From the IMG/VR virus record IMGVR_UViG_3300042904_000419, positions 326 to 64,325 of that record: a DNA stretch of 64,000 nt, one strand, 5' to 3'. Origin of the DNA: a virus. Lineage: Duplodnaviria > Caudoviricetes. Shown here piece by piece: positions 56,330 to 64,000 of the stretch. The position numbers were made by a program, and so were the translations under genes. The notes under the pieces are model-generated. The model made no database searches. It was given only the letters and a program-made list of their open reading frames with translations, and was not told where the DNA came from. The stretch's first letter is position 1. Every line of letters starts with the position of its first letter.

Positions 56330-57625
56330 ATGAAGCTTCCCGAGTACCGCACGGCTATCAAGAGCAAGTGCGAGGAAGTCCAGGCCATTTTCCGCAAGGC
56401 GGACCTGGAGCAGAACGGCATCTGCAGCACCGAGCAGCAGGAGCAGATCAAGAGCCTGAACAAGCAGATCGAGGAGCTGGAGCAGAGCGCTCAGTCCCTC
56501 GCGCAGCAGGACGAGCTGAAGGCGCTGAACGGCCGGCGCCTGGATGCCTTCGGTCGCCCCGGCAACCCGCAGCAGTTCGACGGCACGCCGGCGGGAGCTG
56601 GGCGCCGCGGCAGTATCGGCGAGCGGTTCCTGGCGAGTGATGCCTTCAAGGCCTGGTTCGACAGCGTGGCGCCGCACGGCCAGGTGCCGGAGCGGATGCG
56701 GATCACCAGCCCCTCCGTGCCGTTCAACGGCGAGGGCGTCAAGTCGCTCCTCACCGGCCTGACGACCTGGAGCGCCCGCACCGACACCTCGGCGTCTGCC
56801 CTGGTGCCGATCGACCAGCGCGGGCTGCTCGACATGGGCTACTGGCAGCGGCCCCTCCGCATCTCGGACCTCGTGAGCCACGGCACGACCACTGGCGACG
56901 TGATCGAGTACGTCCGGATCACCGGGGTCACCAACAACGCCGCTCCGGTGGCGGAAGCCACCGCGACCGGCGGGAGCTCGGGCGTGAAGCCGGAGAGCGC
57001 CATGGCGTTCGAGGTGATCCAGGACCGGGTCAAGACGATTGCCACCTGGCTCCCGGCGACCCGGCGCGCCCTAGGTGACGCGGGCCAGCTCCGCAGCCTC
57101 ATCGACGCGTTCCTCCGGTATGCGCTCCTGGAGGAGCTGGAGGACCAGATGGTCTCTGGCTCCGGCGCGGGCGAGAACCTGACCGGCGTCCTCAATGTCA
57201 GCGGGATCCTCACCCAGTCGTGGTCCGCGGATCTCCTGACCACGGCGCGCAAAGCCATCACGAACATCACCCTGAACGGCCGGGTAACGCCGAACGCCTG
57301 GGTGCTGCACCCCAACGACTGGGAAGACTTCGACCTGCTCACGGACAACGAGAACCGCTATTTCTTCGGCGGCCCGCAGAGCGTCGGCACCCCGCGCCTC
57401 TGGGGGGTGCCGGTGATCGTGTCCGAGGCTGTAACCGAGGGCTTCGGGGTCCTCGCGGACTGGTCGAAGGCCATGCTGTGGGACCGGGAGCAGACGAACA
57501 TCCTGGTCAGCGACAGCCACGCCGACTTCTTCATCCGCAACCTGATCGCCATCCTGGGCGAGCTGCGGGCGGCGTTCGGCGTCATCCGCCCCAAGGCGTT
57601 CCTCAAGGCGGACTGGACCGAGTAG
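56330..57625 (+). CDS. major capsid protein (HK97 fold)
   Basis: Coiled-coil delta domain, KPES, VKTIA.W, G.G....L.G, LWG.PV, F.RN...IL.E.R. Confidence 0.95.
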   Translation: MKLPEYRTAIKSKCEEVQAIFRKADLEQNGICSTEQQEQIKSLNKQIEELEQSAQSLAQQDELKALNGRRLDAFGRPGNPQQFDGTPAGAGRRGSIGERFLASDAFKAWFDSVAPHGQVPERMRITSPSVPFNGEGVKSLLTGLTTWSARTDTSASALVPIDQRGLLDMGYWQRPLRISDLVSHGTTTGDVIEYVRITGVTNNAAPVAEATATGGSSGVKPESAMAFEVIQDRVKTIATWLPATRRALGDAGQLRSLIDAFLRYALLEELEDQMVSGSGAGENLTGVLNVSGILTQSWSADLLTTARKAITNITLNGRVTPNAWVLHPNDWEDFDLLTDNENRYFFGGPQSVGTPRLWGVPVIVSEAVTEGFGVLADWSKAMLWDREQTNILVSDSHADFFIRNLIAILGELRAAFGVIRPKAFLKADWTE

Positions 57626-57676
57626 GCCAAGACCTGGGGCGGGGGAGTGATCCTCCGCCCCTCGGAGAGCAAGACC

Positions 57677-58174
57677 ATGGCTTATAAGGATCCTCTGGCA
57701 GCGGGAATGCGCGATACGCGCACGCTCCCCCTGTCGGCCGACGCTACCGGTCGCGCGCGGATGGCGACCAACTTCTTCAACGCGGCTACCGCGCTGGCGA
57801 AGTTCGCGGCCCAGGCGATTGCGTGGAGCCTCATCGCCCCGCGCGCCGTGGAGGCACACACCGCGGGCGACACGCTCACCACCGCCGAGTGCGGCTCGGT
57901 GCACACCAGCGTGGGGGCCTCCGGCACCATCACCCTGGCGCTGCCGCCAGCGACCGTCGGCCTGGAGTACTACTTCCGGGTGGGAGCGGCCCAGGAGCTC
58001 CGCATCGATCCGGATGGCACGGAAACCATCGCCCTCCCCTCCACGGGAGTGCAGGGCGCGGCCGGCAAGTACCTGGTCGCCGATGCAGACGGCGAAACCC
58101 TGCACCTGGCGTGCACCAAGGCCGGCCAGTGGAGCGTGTTCGGCTTCACCGGCACCTGGACCGCGCAGCCGTAG
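57677..58174 (+). CDS. putative capsid decoration/head fibre protein, paralog 1
   Basis: T.T......G......GA....T..LP.AT.G..Y.F pattern; directly after MCP. Confidence 0.65.
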   Translation: MAYKDPLAAGMRDTRTLPLSADATGRARMATNFFNAATALAKFAAQAIAWSLIAPRAVEAHTAGDTLTTAECGSVHTSVGASGTITLALPPATVGLEYYFRVGAAQELRIDPDGTETIALPSTGVQGAAGKYLVADADGETLHLACTKAGQWSVFGFTGTWTAQP

Positions 58175-58243
58175 GGCGAGCGTGGCGACTACTACCCGGC
58201 GGGGTGTGCGTGACACCCGGCCTTACCTCTTGAGGATACAACA

Positions 58244-58603
58244 GTGCCCCATACCGTCAACGGAATGGCCCCGCGGACGCGGGAAATCAAAACGGCGGAT
58301 TACACCGTCGTCGTGGACGACGTCGGCAAGACGTTCACCAACGAAGGCGCGAGCGGCGCCGTCGTCTTCGCGCTGCCGCCGGCTACGGTCGGCCAGTGGT
58401 ACCGGTTCTGCGTGAAGGCCGCGCAGGAGCTCCGCATCGACCCGAACGGCACGGAAACCATGTCCCTGCCGTCTACCGGCGTGAAGCAGGCGGCGGGCGC
58501 TTACCTCACGGCCAACGCCGACGGCGAGTGCCTGGAGATCGAGTGCGTCAAGGCGGGGGAGTGGGAGTCCCGCTACTACACCGGCACCTGGACCGCGGTC
58601 TAG
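58244..58603 (+). CDS. putative capsid decoration protein, paralog 2
   Basis: Shares ALPPATVG, AAQELRIDP.GTET..LPSTGV, TGTWTA with paralog 1. Confidence 0.65.
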   Translation: MPHTVNGMAPRTREIKTADYTVVVDDVGKTFTNEGASGAVVFALPPATVGQWYRFCVKAAQELRIDPNGTETMSLPSTGVKQAAGAYLTANADGECLEIECVKAGEWESRYYTGTWTAV

Positions 58604-58616
58604 GACCGTGCACGGC

Positions 58617-58650
58617 TGCCGCCGGGGTGGTTCGCTCCCCGGCGGCTTCT
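58617..58650 (+). terminator. terminator-like hairpin after capsid genes
   Basis: GCCGCCGGGG...CCCCGGCGGC-TTCT. Confidence 0.6.
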
Positions 58651-58731
58651 GACTGCGTAGCCCAATTGGAAGAGGCACGACGACCGAATAGGTACGCCGC
58701 ACCGGCGCAGGTTCGAATCCTGCCGCAGTCC
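58651..58731 (+). ncRNA. class II (Leu/Ser-like) tRNA-like RNA with degenerate anticodon arm
   Basis: GACTGCG/CGCAGTC; GCC-CAATTGGAAGA-GGC; variable arm GCCG-CAC-CGGC; GCAGG-TTCGAAT-CCTGC; only ACC/GGT pairs in the anticodon arm. Confidence 0.78.
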
Positions 58732-58739
58732 TGAATCTC

Positions 58740-59384
58740 ATGCCTTACCCTTCTTACCCCACCGCTGATGACCTGGGCGCGTTCTTGACCGCCGCCGGCA
58801 TCACGCTGAGTGCCGCGCTGACGGCCCAGCTCGAACCGGCCATTGCCGCCGGCATCGAAGGCTTCGAAAAGGCCGTCCACGGCAAGATGCTGGCGGAGGC
58901 GCCGGCGACGATCCGGAAGTTCGCCGTGCCGCTCCATGGGGCGACGTTGACCATCCCGTGGCTGGCGGCCGAGCCGGAGACGATTGCCTTCGTCCCGGTC
59001 GGCGGCACGGAAGAGGAGTGGGCGCTCGACACCGACTACTGGTGCGAGCCGGGGAACGCTCTTGCCCGAGGGAAGCCGATCACCAGCCTCCGCCTGAAGC
59101 AGTCCTGGTATGGCGTGGATGACACGCTGCGCCGGGCCGTGCAGATTGAGGGGCTGTGGGGCTATTCCACCCAGCTTCCCGCCGATGCCCACCGGGCGAT
59201 GCTGGCGGGGGCGGCGCTGGACCTGTGGGAAAGCATCACGCTCAATGCTACCGGAGGCCGCCTGAGCGTGCGCGAAGGCGACGCTTCGATCGATTACGGC
59301 GTGGAGCGCTGGAGTAAGGCGGCGACCGCGTGGAAAACGCAGTATGACCGGGCCGTGGCCGCTTACCGGAGGCTGGGGTTTTGA
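58740..59384 (+). CDS. head-tail connector (adaptor) protein
   Basis: Y.T..DL, V.I.G.WGY...P pattern; position. Confidence 0.7.
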   Translation: MPYPSYPTADDLGAFLTAAGITLSAALTAQLEPAIAAGIEGFEKAVHGKMLAEAPATIRKFAVPLHGATLTIPWLAAEPETIAFVPVGGTEEEWALDTDYWCEPGNALARGKPITSLRLKQSWYGVDDTLRRAVQIEGLWGYSTQLPADAHRAMLAGAALDLWESITLNATGGRLSVREGDASIDYGVERWSKAATAWKTQYDRAVAAYRRLGF

Positions 59385-59773
59385 GCCTGAGCGTGCTGCG
59401 GAACCATACCTGCGACGTCTGGCGGGAAACCGAAGGACTGAACGCCGACGGCACCCGCGACACGCCCACCTGGGCGCGGATTGCTGACGGCGTGGCCTGC
59501 CGCTTCCAGACCGGGCAGTCGGCGAAGGGTCCGGCGGGCGGGTTCATCGTGGCCGAGTCCGACCAGCTCGACACGCTGGACCAGATCCATTTCGAGTTGA
59601 CCGCCGATCTCCAGAACGGGGACGTGCTGGTACAGACGACCGGTCCGGATGCCGGGGAATACTGGACGGTCCGCGGCGACCCGAAGAAGCAGAACACCTT
59701 GATCCCGAAGCTCTCCGTCCGTGCCTCGCGCGCCATGGATGTGTCCCCCACGATTAGCGGAGCCTATGCCTGA
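59381..59773 (+). CDS. head closure (stopper) protein
   Basis: HTCDVWR...G....W.......CRF; position. Confidence 0.65.
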   Translation: MSLSVLRNHTCDVWRETEGLNADGTRDTPTWARIADGVACRFQTGQSAKGPAGGFIVAESDQLDTLDQIHFELTADLQNGDVLVQTTGPDAGEYWTVRGDPKKQNTLIPKLSVRASRAMDVSPTISGAYA

Positions 59774-60246
59774 TGGCTGCCTATCACACGGCCCTCTGGG
59801 AGGCGCTGGTCGACCTGATCGGCGAGACCTGGCCGGAGGTGGTGCCGAACGGCATCTACCGGGCGCGAGAGCTCGCGCGGATCGACTGGGAGCGCAAGGC
59901 CAAGCGCGGGGAGTTGCCGCTGTGCGTGGTGGACGTGGAATACGGCCCGTCCACCCGGGCCGGGGTCTGTAACCGCACGGAGGTCGTTACCGCCACCATC
60001 TACCGCATCGTCGGGGCAGTGGATGAGCCGGACTGCGCGGCGCAGATGGATAAGGCGCAGGAGCTCCAACAGGCCCTCTGGCCGCTGAACGGCACCAAGC
60101 CGCTGTATCCCTCCGGGCAGGTCGAGGCGTACCCGCTGGCCAGCGATCACCTCGGCTTGCTGCTCAACCGCTACTTCCTGCAGTCCGCGCAACCCTTCTG
60201 GGGCACGGCGGTCGTGGTCCGCATCCTCGTGGGCGAAACCCGATGA
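59773..60246 (+). CDS. putative tail terminator protein
   Basis: Position and size. Confidence 0.5.
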   Translation: MAAYHTALWEALVDLIGETWPEVVPNGIYRARELARIDWERKAKRGELPLCVVDVEYGPSTRAGVCNRTEVVTATIYRIVGAVDEPDCAAQMDKAQELQQALWPLNGTKPLYPSGQVEAYPLASDHLGLLLNRYFLQSAQPFWGTAVVVRILVGETR

Positions 60247-60692
60247 ATCTGCCCCAGGCCGCCGACCACCTGGACCGCATCGCGGACGGGTTGGAGCGGG
60301 AGTGTCTGGCGGCCGTAGCAGAGACCCTGGACGATTTGCGGGACCGGGCCGTGTATCAGTCCGAGGGGCCGCTTACGCCCCAGGAGTTGCGCCGGCTGGG
60401 TCATCCGCTGGCCCGGCGCCGCGGCACGCCGCAGATCGACCCGCACCGCGTGAACCGCCAGTCCGGAGTGTTCGCCGGCTCCTGGGACACGGACGGTCCC
60501 CACGAAGACGAGGGCGGGGTGTTCGGCGCCCTGTTCAACACCGATCCGAAGGCCCCGTTCCTCGAGCAGCCCGACGGCGGGCCGAAGTCCACCATGTTTC
60601 CCCGGCACCCGCACGAAGCGGCCAGCCGGGATGTCGAGCCACGCTTTACCGAGCGGATGGACGCGGCCCTGGTCCGCGCCCTGGAAGGTTAA
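60243..60692 (+). CDS. HK97 gp10-like neck protein
   Basis: SG....SW, N....A.FLE.......M.PR pattern. Confidence 0.65.
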   Translation: MNLPQAADHLDRIADGLERECLAAVAETLDDLRDRAVYQSEGPLTPQELRRLGHPLARRRGTPQIDPHRVNRQSGVFAGSWDTDGPHEDEGGVFGALFNTDPKAPFLEQPDGGPKSTMFPRHPHEAASRDVEPRFTERMDAALVRALEG

Positions 60693-60695
60693 CCC

Positions 60696-61940
60696 ATGCC
60701 CACCCAAGCCCAAATCCACGCCATTACCGACGCGCTCGCCGCGCGCATCCAGGCCAACCTGAACGGCTACGCGGCCGAGGTCGGCGCCGGCACGCAGTCC
60801 AGTCTTGCCGCGCAGCTCGACGCGATCGGCGACCTGGACCTGGAAGGGGCGCTGATGGCGTCCTTCCTGCAGTGTGATCGCCAGAGCCTCCCGGAGCAGT
60901 ATAAGACCGCCCTGCCGCATCTCCTGGGCCGCGCAGGTTACGCGGACCTGGTGAGCGCCTGGCAGAACTACGTGGCGGCCGAAGGGGCTTACGCCTCCCT
61001 CGACGCGCTCCTGACGGATCTGGGCGCCACCCTGCACCCGTTGGCGGCGGAAGCGTTTCGGCACGTGCAGGGCGACGGGGCGGTCAGCGCGGCCAACGTG
61101 TTCGCGCCGAGCTACGGAGTGATCGCCCCGGTGCGGTTGTATCAGGGCGCGGACGGCAGCCTCTCCGAAGAGACGGTCGACGCCGGGGACGTGGGCACGG
61201 CGGATGTAACCCTCTTCGCCTCGGACAACCATGCGCTCTACGTCGGCGCGGACAGCAAGTTCAGCGCGCTGGTGATTGGACTCAGCACCGCCGCGAACGT
61301 GACGATTACGCCCACCTTCCAGTATTGGAACGGCTCGGCCTGGGTCACCCTCTCCGTCACGGACAACACCGCCGGGCTCACCCTCAACGACGTCATTACC
61401 TGGACGCCGCCCGCCAACTGGCAGCGGTGCGCGGCCGATGCTGGCGGGACGGCGTTCAGCGACACCACGCCGCGGTATTACCTGCGGATTGCCCGCACCG
61501 CCGATACGGTGGGCACGCCTCCAGTCGGGACCATGATCCGCCTGCAGCCGGCGGCCGTCCTGAACGCCTCCGGCGCCCACCTGGGCGTGCCGCAGCCGGC
61601 CCTCGCGCTGGTCCGCATCACCGGCGCCGCGACCCTGGCGGTGGTGGCGGGGGTCGATCCCTCGACGCGCTTCAAAGCGCCGGCCTTCCGGCTCCGTGCG
61701 CTCACTCCCGGGCTGGGCACGCCGACCCTCACCGTGTCCTACACCGACCAGGACGGGAACGCGGCCACGCAGGCCCAGAGCGCCCTGGAGAGCCCGGCCG
61801 CCGGCGATACCATCGCCGTCACGCTGGCCGGCGGGGACACGGGCGTGCTGGGGATCCTGACGACCGGGTGGGTGGTTTCCGGGGGCGCAAGGGGAATCTT
61901 GGCTTTGGAAGTGGCCGAAACCCGCACGCCGGCGCTGTAG
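60696..61940 (+). CDS. putative virion structural protein (414 aa)
   Basis: Beta-rich with YWNGSAW and Y.LRI; between neck and tail tube genes. Confidence 0.6.
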   Translation: MPTQAQIHAITDALAARIQANLNGYAAEVGAGTQSSLAAQLDAIGDLDLEGALMASFLQCDRQSLPEQYKTALPHLLGRAGYADLVSAWQNYVAAEGAYASLDALLTDLGATLHPLAAEAFRHVQGDGAVSAANVFAPSYGVIAPVRLYQGADGSLSEETVDAGDVGTADVTLFASDNHALYVGADSKFSALVIGLSTAANVTITPTFQYWNGSAWVTLSVTDNTAGLTLNDVITWTPPANWQRCAADAGGTAFSDTTPRYYLRIARTADTVGTPPVGTMIRLQPAAVLNASGAHLGVPQPALALVRITGAATLAVVAGVDPSTRFKAPAFRLRALTPGLGTPTLTVSYTDQDGNAATQAQSALESPAAGDTIAVTLAGGDTGVLGILTTGWVVSGGARGILALEVAETRTPAL

Positions 61941-61988
61941 ACAGTTCCGCTTTTCGCGGGGTGACCCGCACCTTGGGAGGATCGATCG

Positions 61989-62456
61989 ATGCCGAGCATT
62001 GCACCGTATCAGGTGGCCGCTGACCTGTCGGCCATCTCCATTCAGAAGCTCACGCGGGCGAGCAATGGCGCGCTCACCGTCAACGGTGCAGCGTATAGCT
62101 TGGTCGCCTTGCTGGACGCCTTCGACCACACGGATGACGTCCAAACCGAGAATATCAAGCCCGTCACGAGCACTCGGCGCAATGAGGTGCCGTTGGTGAC
62201 CGGGAGCAGTCTCCGGATCACGGCCCTGCGGCGCTCCGACGCCGGGCAAGTGCTGCAGAACGTGAAGGCCAATGCAAGCTGGTGCCTCGTCACCTACGTC
62301 GAGGGGACGGAGACCCTCGGCCCCGGTTACTACACCGTCGGCCCGCTCACCCGCGGCGTCATCGGCGAGGGCAAGCAGACGATCACGCTGCAGCTCCTCC
62401 CATGCGATCCGGGCCAGGTGCAGGTGCCGTACAGCACCAGCGTGGCGGCGAGCTAG
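61989..62456 (+). CDS. probable major tail (tube) protein
   Basis: Strong GGAGG SD; precedes the chaperone with frameshift and the TMP. Confidence 0.65.
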   Translation: MPSIAPYQVAADLSAISIQKLTRASNGALTVNGAAYSLVALLDAFDHTDDVQTENIKPVTSTRRNEVPLVTGSSLRITALRRSDAGQVLQNVKANASWCLVTYVEGTETLGPGYYTVGPLTRGVIGEGKQTITLQLLPCDPGQVQVPYSTSVAAS

Positions 62457-62468
62457 GAAAGGATCCCC

Positions 62469-62924
62469 ATGGCCCGTATCAATCCCTGGGCGGCGGAATA
62501 TGCCGCCCCCGAGCCGGAGCCGGTCACCCGCACCCTCTCCGCTCCCGGTGCCCCGGACCTGGTGTTGACGCTCCGGCCGCTGGACGAGTTCACCACCGAG
62601 GCGGCGTTCGCGCAGGCGGCGGAATGGGAAGCTGTGCACGTGAAGGGCAAGGGCGGTGCCAAGCCGCTGCCCCTCGCGGTGCCGGGTGGCTGCCCCCCGC
62701 TCAGCCGGAACATCCTGGATGCGATCGCCTTCCTCTGCCAGATGCAGGTACCGGAAGCGGGCGAGGAGCCGTACTCGCTCCTCGATTGGCTGGGCTTCGC
62801 GAAGCAGCAGAAACTCCGGCCCCTCTGGCGGCAGGCAATCGCGTTTACTAACGAGGTCAACAAAGCCGCGGAGACCGCCGCCCCAAACCCGCCCGCGACC
62901 GCTACTTCGGCCTCCTCGACGTAG
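62469..62924 (+). CDS. tail assembly chaperone (gpG-like)
   Basis: Position; slippery heptamer near the 3' end. Confidence 0.75.
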   Translation: MARINPWAAEYAAPEPEPVTRTLSAPGAPDLVLTLRPLDEFTTEAAFAQAAEWEAVHVKGKGGAKPLPLAVPGGCPPLSRNILDAIAFLCQMQVPEAGEEPYSLLDWLGFAKQQKLRPLWRQAIAFTNEVNKAAETAAPNPPATATSASST

Positions 62925-63142
62925 CGGTCCACCGGACCAAGCAGCACCCGGGCCCAGGCTACTTCACCGCCTGGGCCTTGTGGAGCATCAACGAGCGCCT
63001 CGGCGGAAACGCCGGCGTAGACCTCGCCGAGCCCAACCTCTCCCACCTCCGCGACCTGGCGCTGCTCGAACGCTGGCGCCAGGAGCACGGCGGCACGCCG
63101 GCAGCAAACGACCCGTTCGCCGGCCTGACGGAAGACTGGTAA
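62882..63142 (+). CDS. -1 frameshift extension of tail chaperone (gpGT-like)
   Basis: C CCA AAC at 62882-62888 in the correct phase; -1 frame open to TAA at 63140-63142 with no start codon of its own. Confidence 0.75.
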   Translation, partial: PKPARDRYFGLLDVAVHRTKQHPGPGYFTAWALWSINERLGGNAGVDLAEPNLSHLRDLALLERWRQEHGGTPAANDPFAGLTEDW

Positions 63143-63146
63143 CCCC

Positions 63147-64000
63147 ATGCCCTCCATGCTGATCGAAGTCCGCGGCAGCGGCGTCCGGGAGCTCGCGGAG
63201 CAGTTCCGCGCCTCGGCGGAGGCGGGGCGCGTCCTGGTCCGGGGGATCGAGCGCCTCCCGGACGTGCTGCAGGATGCCGCGGCGGGCTACGAGCTCATCA
63301 AGCGCACCTCGGCGAACGTGACCTGGGGCGTGCAGCAGGCGCATATCACGCGGCTGGAGAAGTATGCCGACGCCCTCCTGAATGTGGCGGCTGGCTATGA
63401 GCTGGTCGCCGTGGCCCGGGAGCGGGCGGGCCTGGAGAGTGCGCCGGTGCAGGTGGTCGCCTCTCCGGTCCGGACGGCGGCCGTACGGCCCGTGAACCGG
63501 CGGGTAGAGCCGAGCGGGGACGGCGGCGATGCTTCGCGCAGCGTACGCGGGACGGACCTCACCAAGGGATTCCTGGTCGACCCGGCCACCGCGTACCGCT
63601 ATCAGGATCTCTTCCCGAAGGCGCCGGAGCCTGCCCCGCCTCGCAAGCCCCTCGTCTCCGGCATCTACCAGGACCGGGAGCGGCTCCTGGGCCAGCGGGC
63701 GGAGGTGTATGGGAGTGGTTCGCGAGCAGAACAGCAGGATTACGAACGGAAGCTGAGCCGGGTCAATCGCGGCATTGCCAAGGAGGAAGCGCCGCCGGAG
63801 TCGTTCGGCAAGCTGCTCCTCGAGGCGGTGGGCACGAGTCGCTTCTCCCTCGGCGGCGGAGCGGTGAGCCCCTTGGTCAACCGCGTGGGCCGGCTGCTTA
63901 CCGGTTCCGGCGGGGACCTGGAGGGCGGCGCGAACGGGGCGCTGGTCGGCGGCGGAGCACTGCTGGCGGCCGGCGTGGCCAAGAGTGCCCTGGAAGGCTT
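63147..64000 (+). CDS. tail tape measure protein, N-terminal part (runs off window)
   Basis: ATG 4 nt after the chaperone-extension stop; frame open to the window end. Confidence 0.7.
   Translation, partial: MPSMLIEVRGSGVRELAEQFRASAEAGRVLVRGIERLPDVLQDAAAGYELIKRTSANVTWGVQQAHITRLEKYADALLNVAAGYELVAVARERAGLESAPVQVVASPVRTAAVRPVNRRVEPSGDGGDASRSVRGTDLTKGFLVDPATAYRYQDLFPKAPEPAPPRKPLVSGIYQDRERLLGQRAEVYGSGSRAEQQDYERKLSRVNRGIAKEEAPPESFGKLLLEAVGTSRFSLGGGAVSPLVNRVGRLLTGSGGDLEGGANGALVGGGALLAAGVAKSALEG

Noticed and set aside
57677-58603. Possible DGR template/variable repeat pair
   Set aside because: Both copies are intact ORFs, the differences are not confined to adenines, and no reverse transcriptase was recognised in the window.
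60171-62639. Long antisense ORFs (822 aa here; also 9486-11006, 22959-24719, 24620-26512, 31126-32907, 39629-41296)
   Set aside because: Shadow frames of real genes, expected from GC-rich codon bias; no motifs or translation signals.
9540-63150. Many late genes start Met-Pro in a C-rich, SD-poor context
   Set aside because: The pattern is inconsistent (several late genes have clear SD sequences) and may simply reflect GC content.
1-64000. Genome-wide UGA reassignment suggested by the UCA-loop RNA
   Set aside because: Many genes end at TGA overlapping the next start (ATGA/GTGA/TGATG), and the recognised conserved genes are not interrupted by in-frame TGA.

Overview
Near-complete genome of a high-GC temperate tailed phage with siphovirus-like gene order. 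The window starts in the 3' end of a probable tape-measure gene and ends in its 5' end, so it looks like a circularly permuted genome with part of that gene missing. Modules in order: tail genes (1-3493); an accessory island (3497-9489) with zinc-ribbon membrane proteins, an RHH-controlled divergent operon and a Panacea-type toxin-antitoxin pair; a tail-fibre/receptor-binding module containing a double GT2 glycosyltransferase and an SGNH esterase (9552-18717); a long leftward early/replication operon (N4/N6 MTase, ASCH-like, HD, gp37gp68, RuvC, DnaB, initiator with iterons, RNase H, Bet; 19796-38759); the lysogeny switch and tyrosine integrase followed by an apparently intact attP (38760-41535); a C5 MTase operon; then lysis, packaging, head and tail genes (46925-64000). 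The strongest unexplained signal is four tRNA-shaped RNAs. Three of them (a tRNA-Sec-like RNA with a UCA loop, one with the anticodon loop cut to 3 nt, and a class-II-like one) keep intact acceptor/D/T arms but have broken anticodon arms. The three on the late strand sit at module boundaries, and one lies inside a ~560 nt structured non-coding region. All calls come from motif recognition and manual base-pairing; no searches or folding programs were run and the host cannot be assigned.
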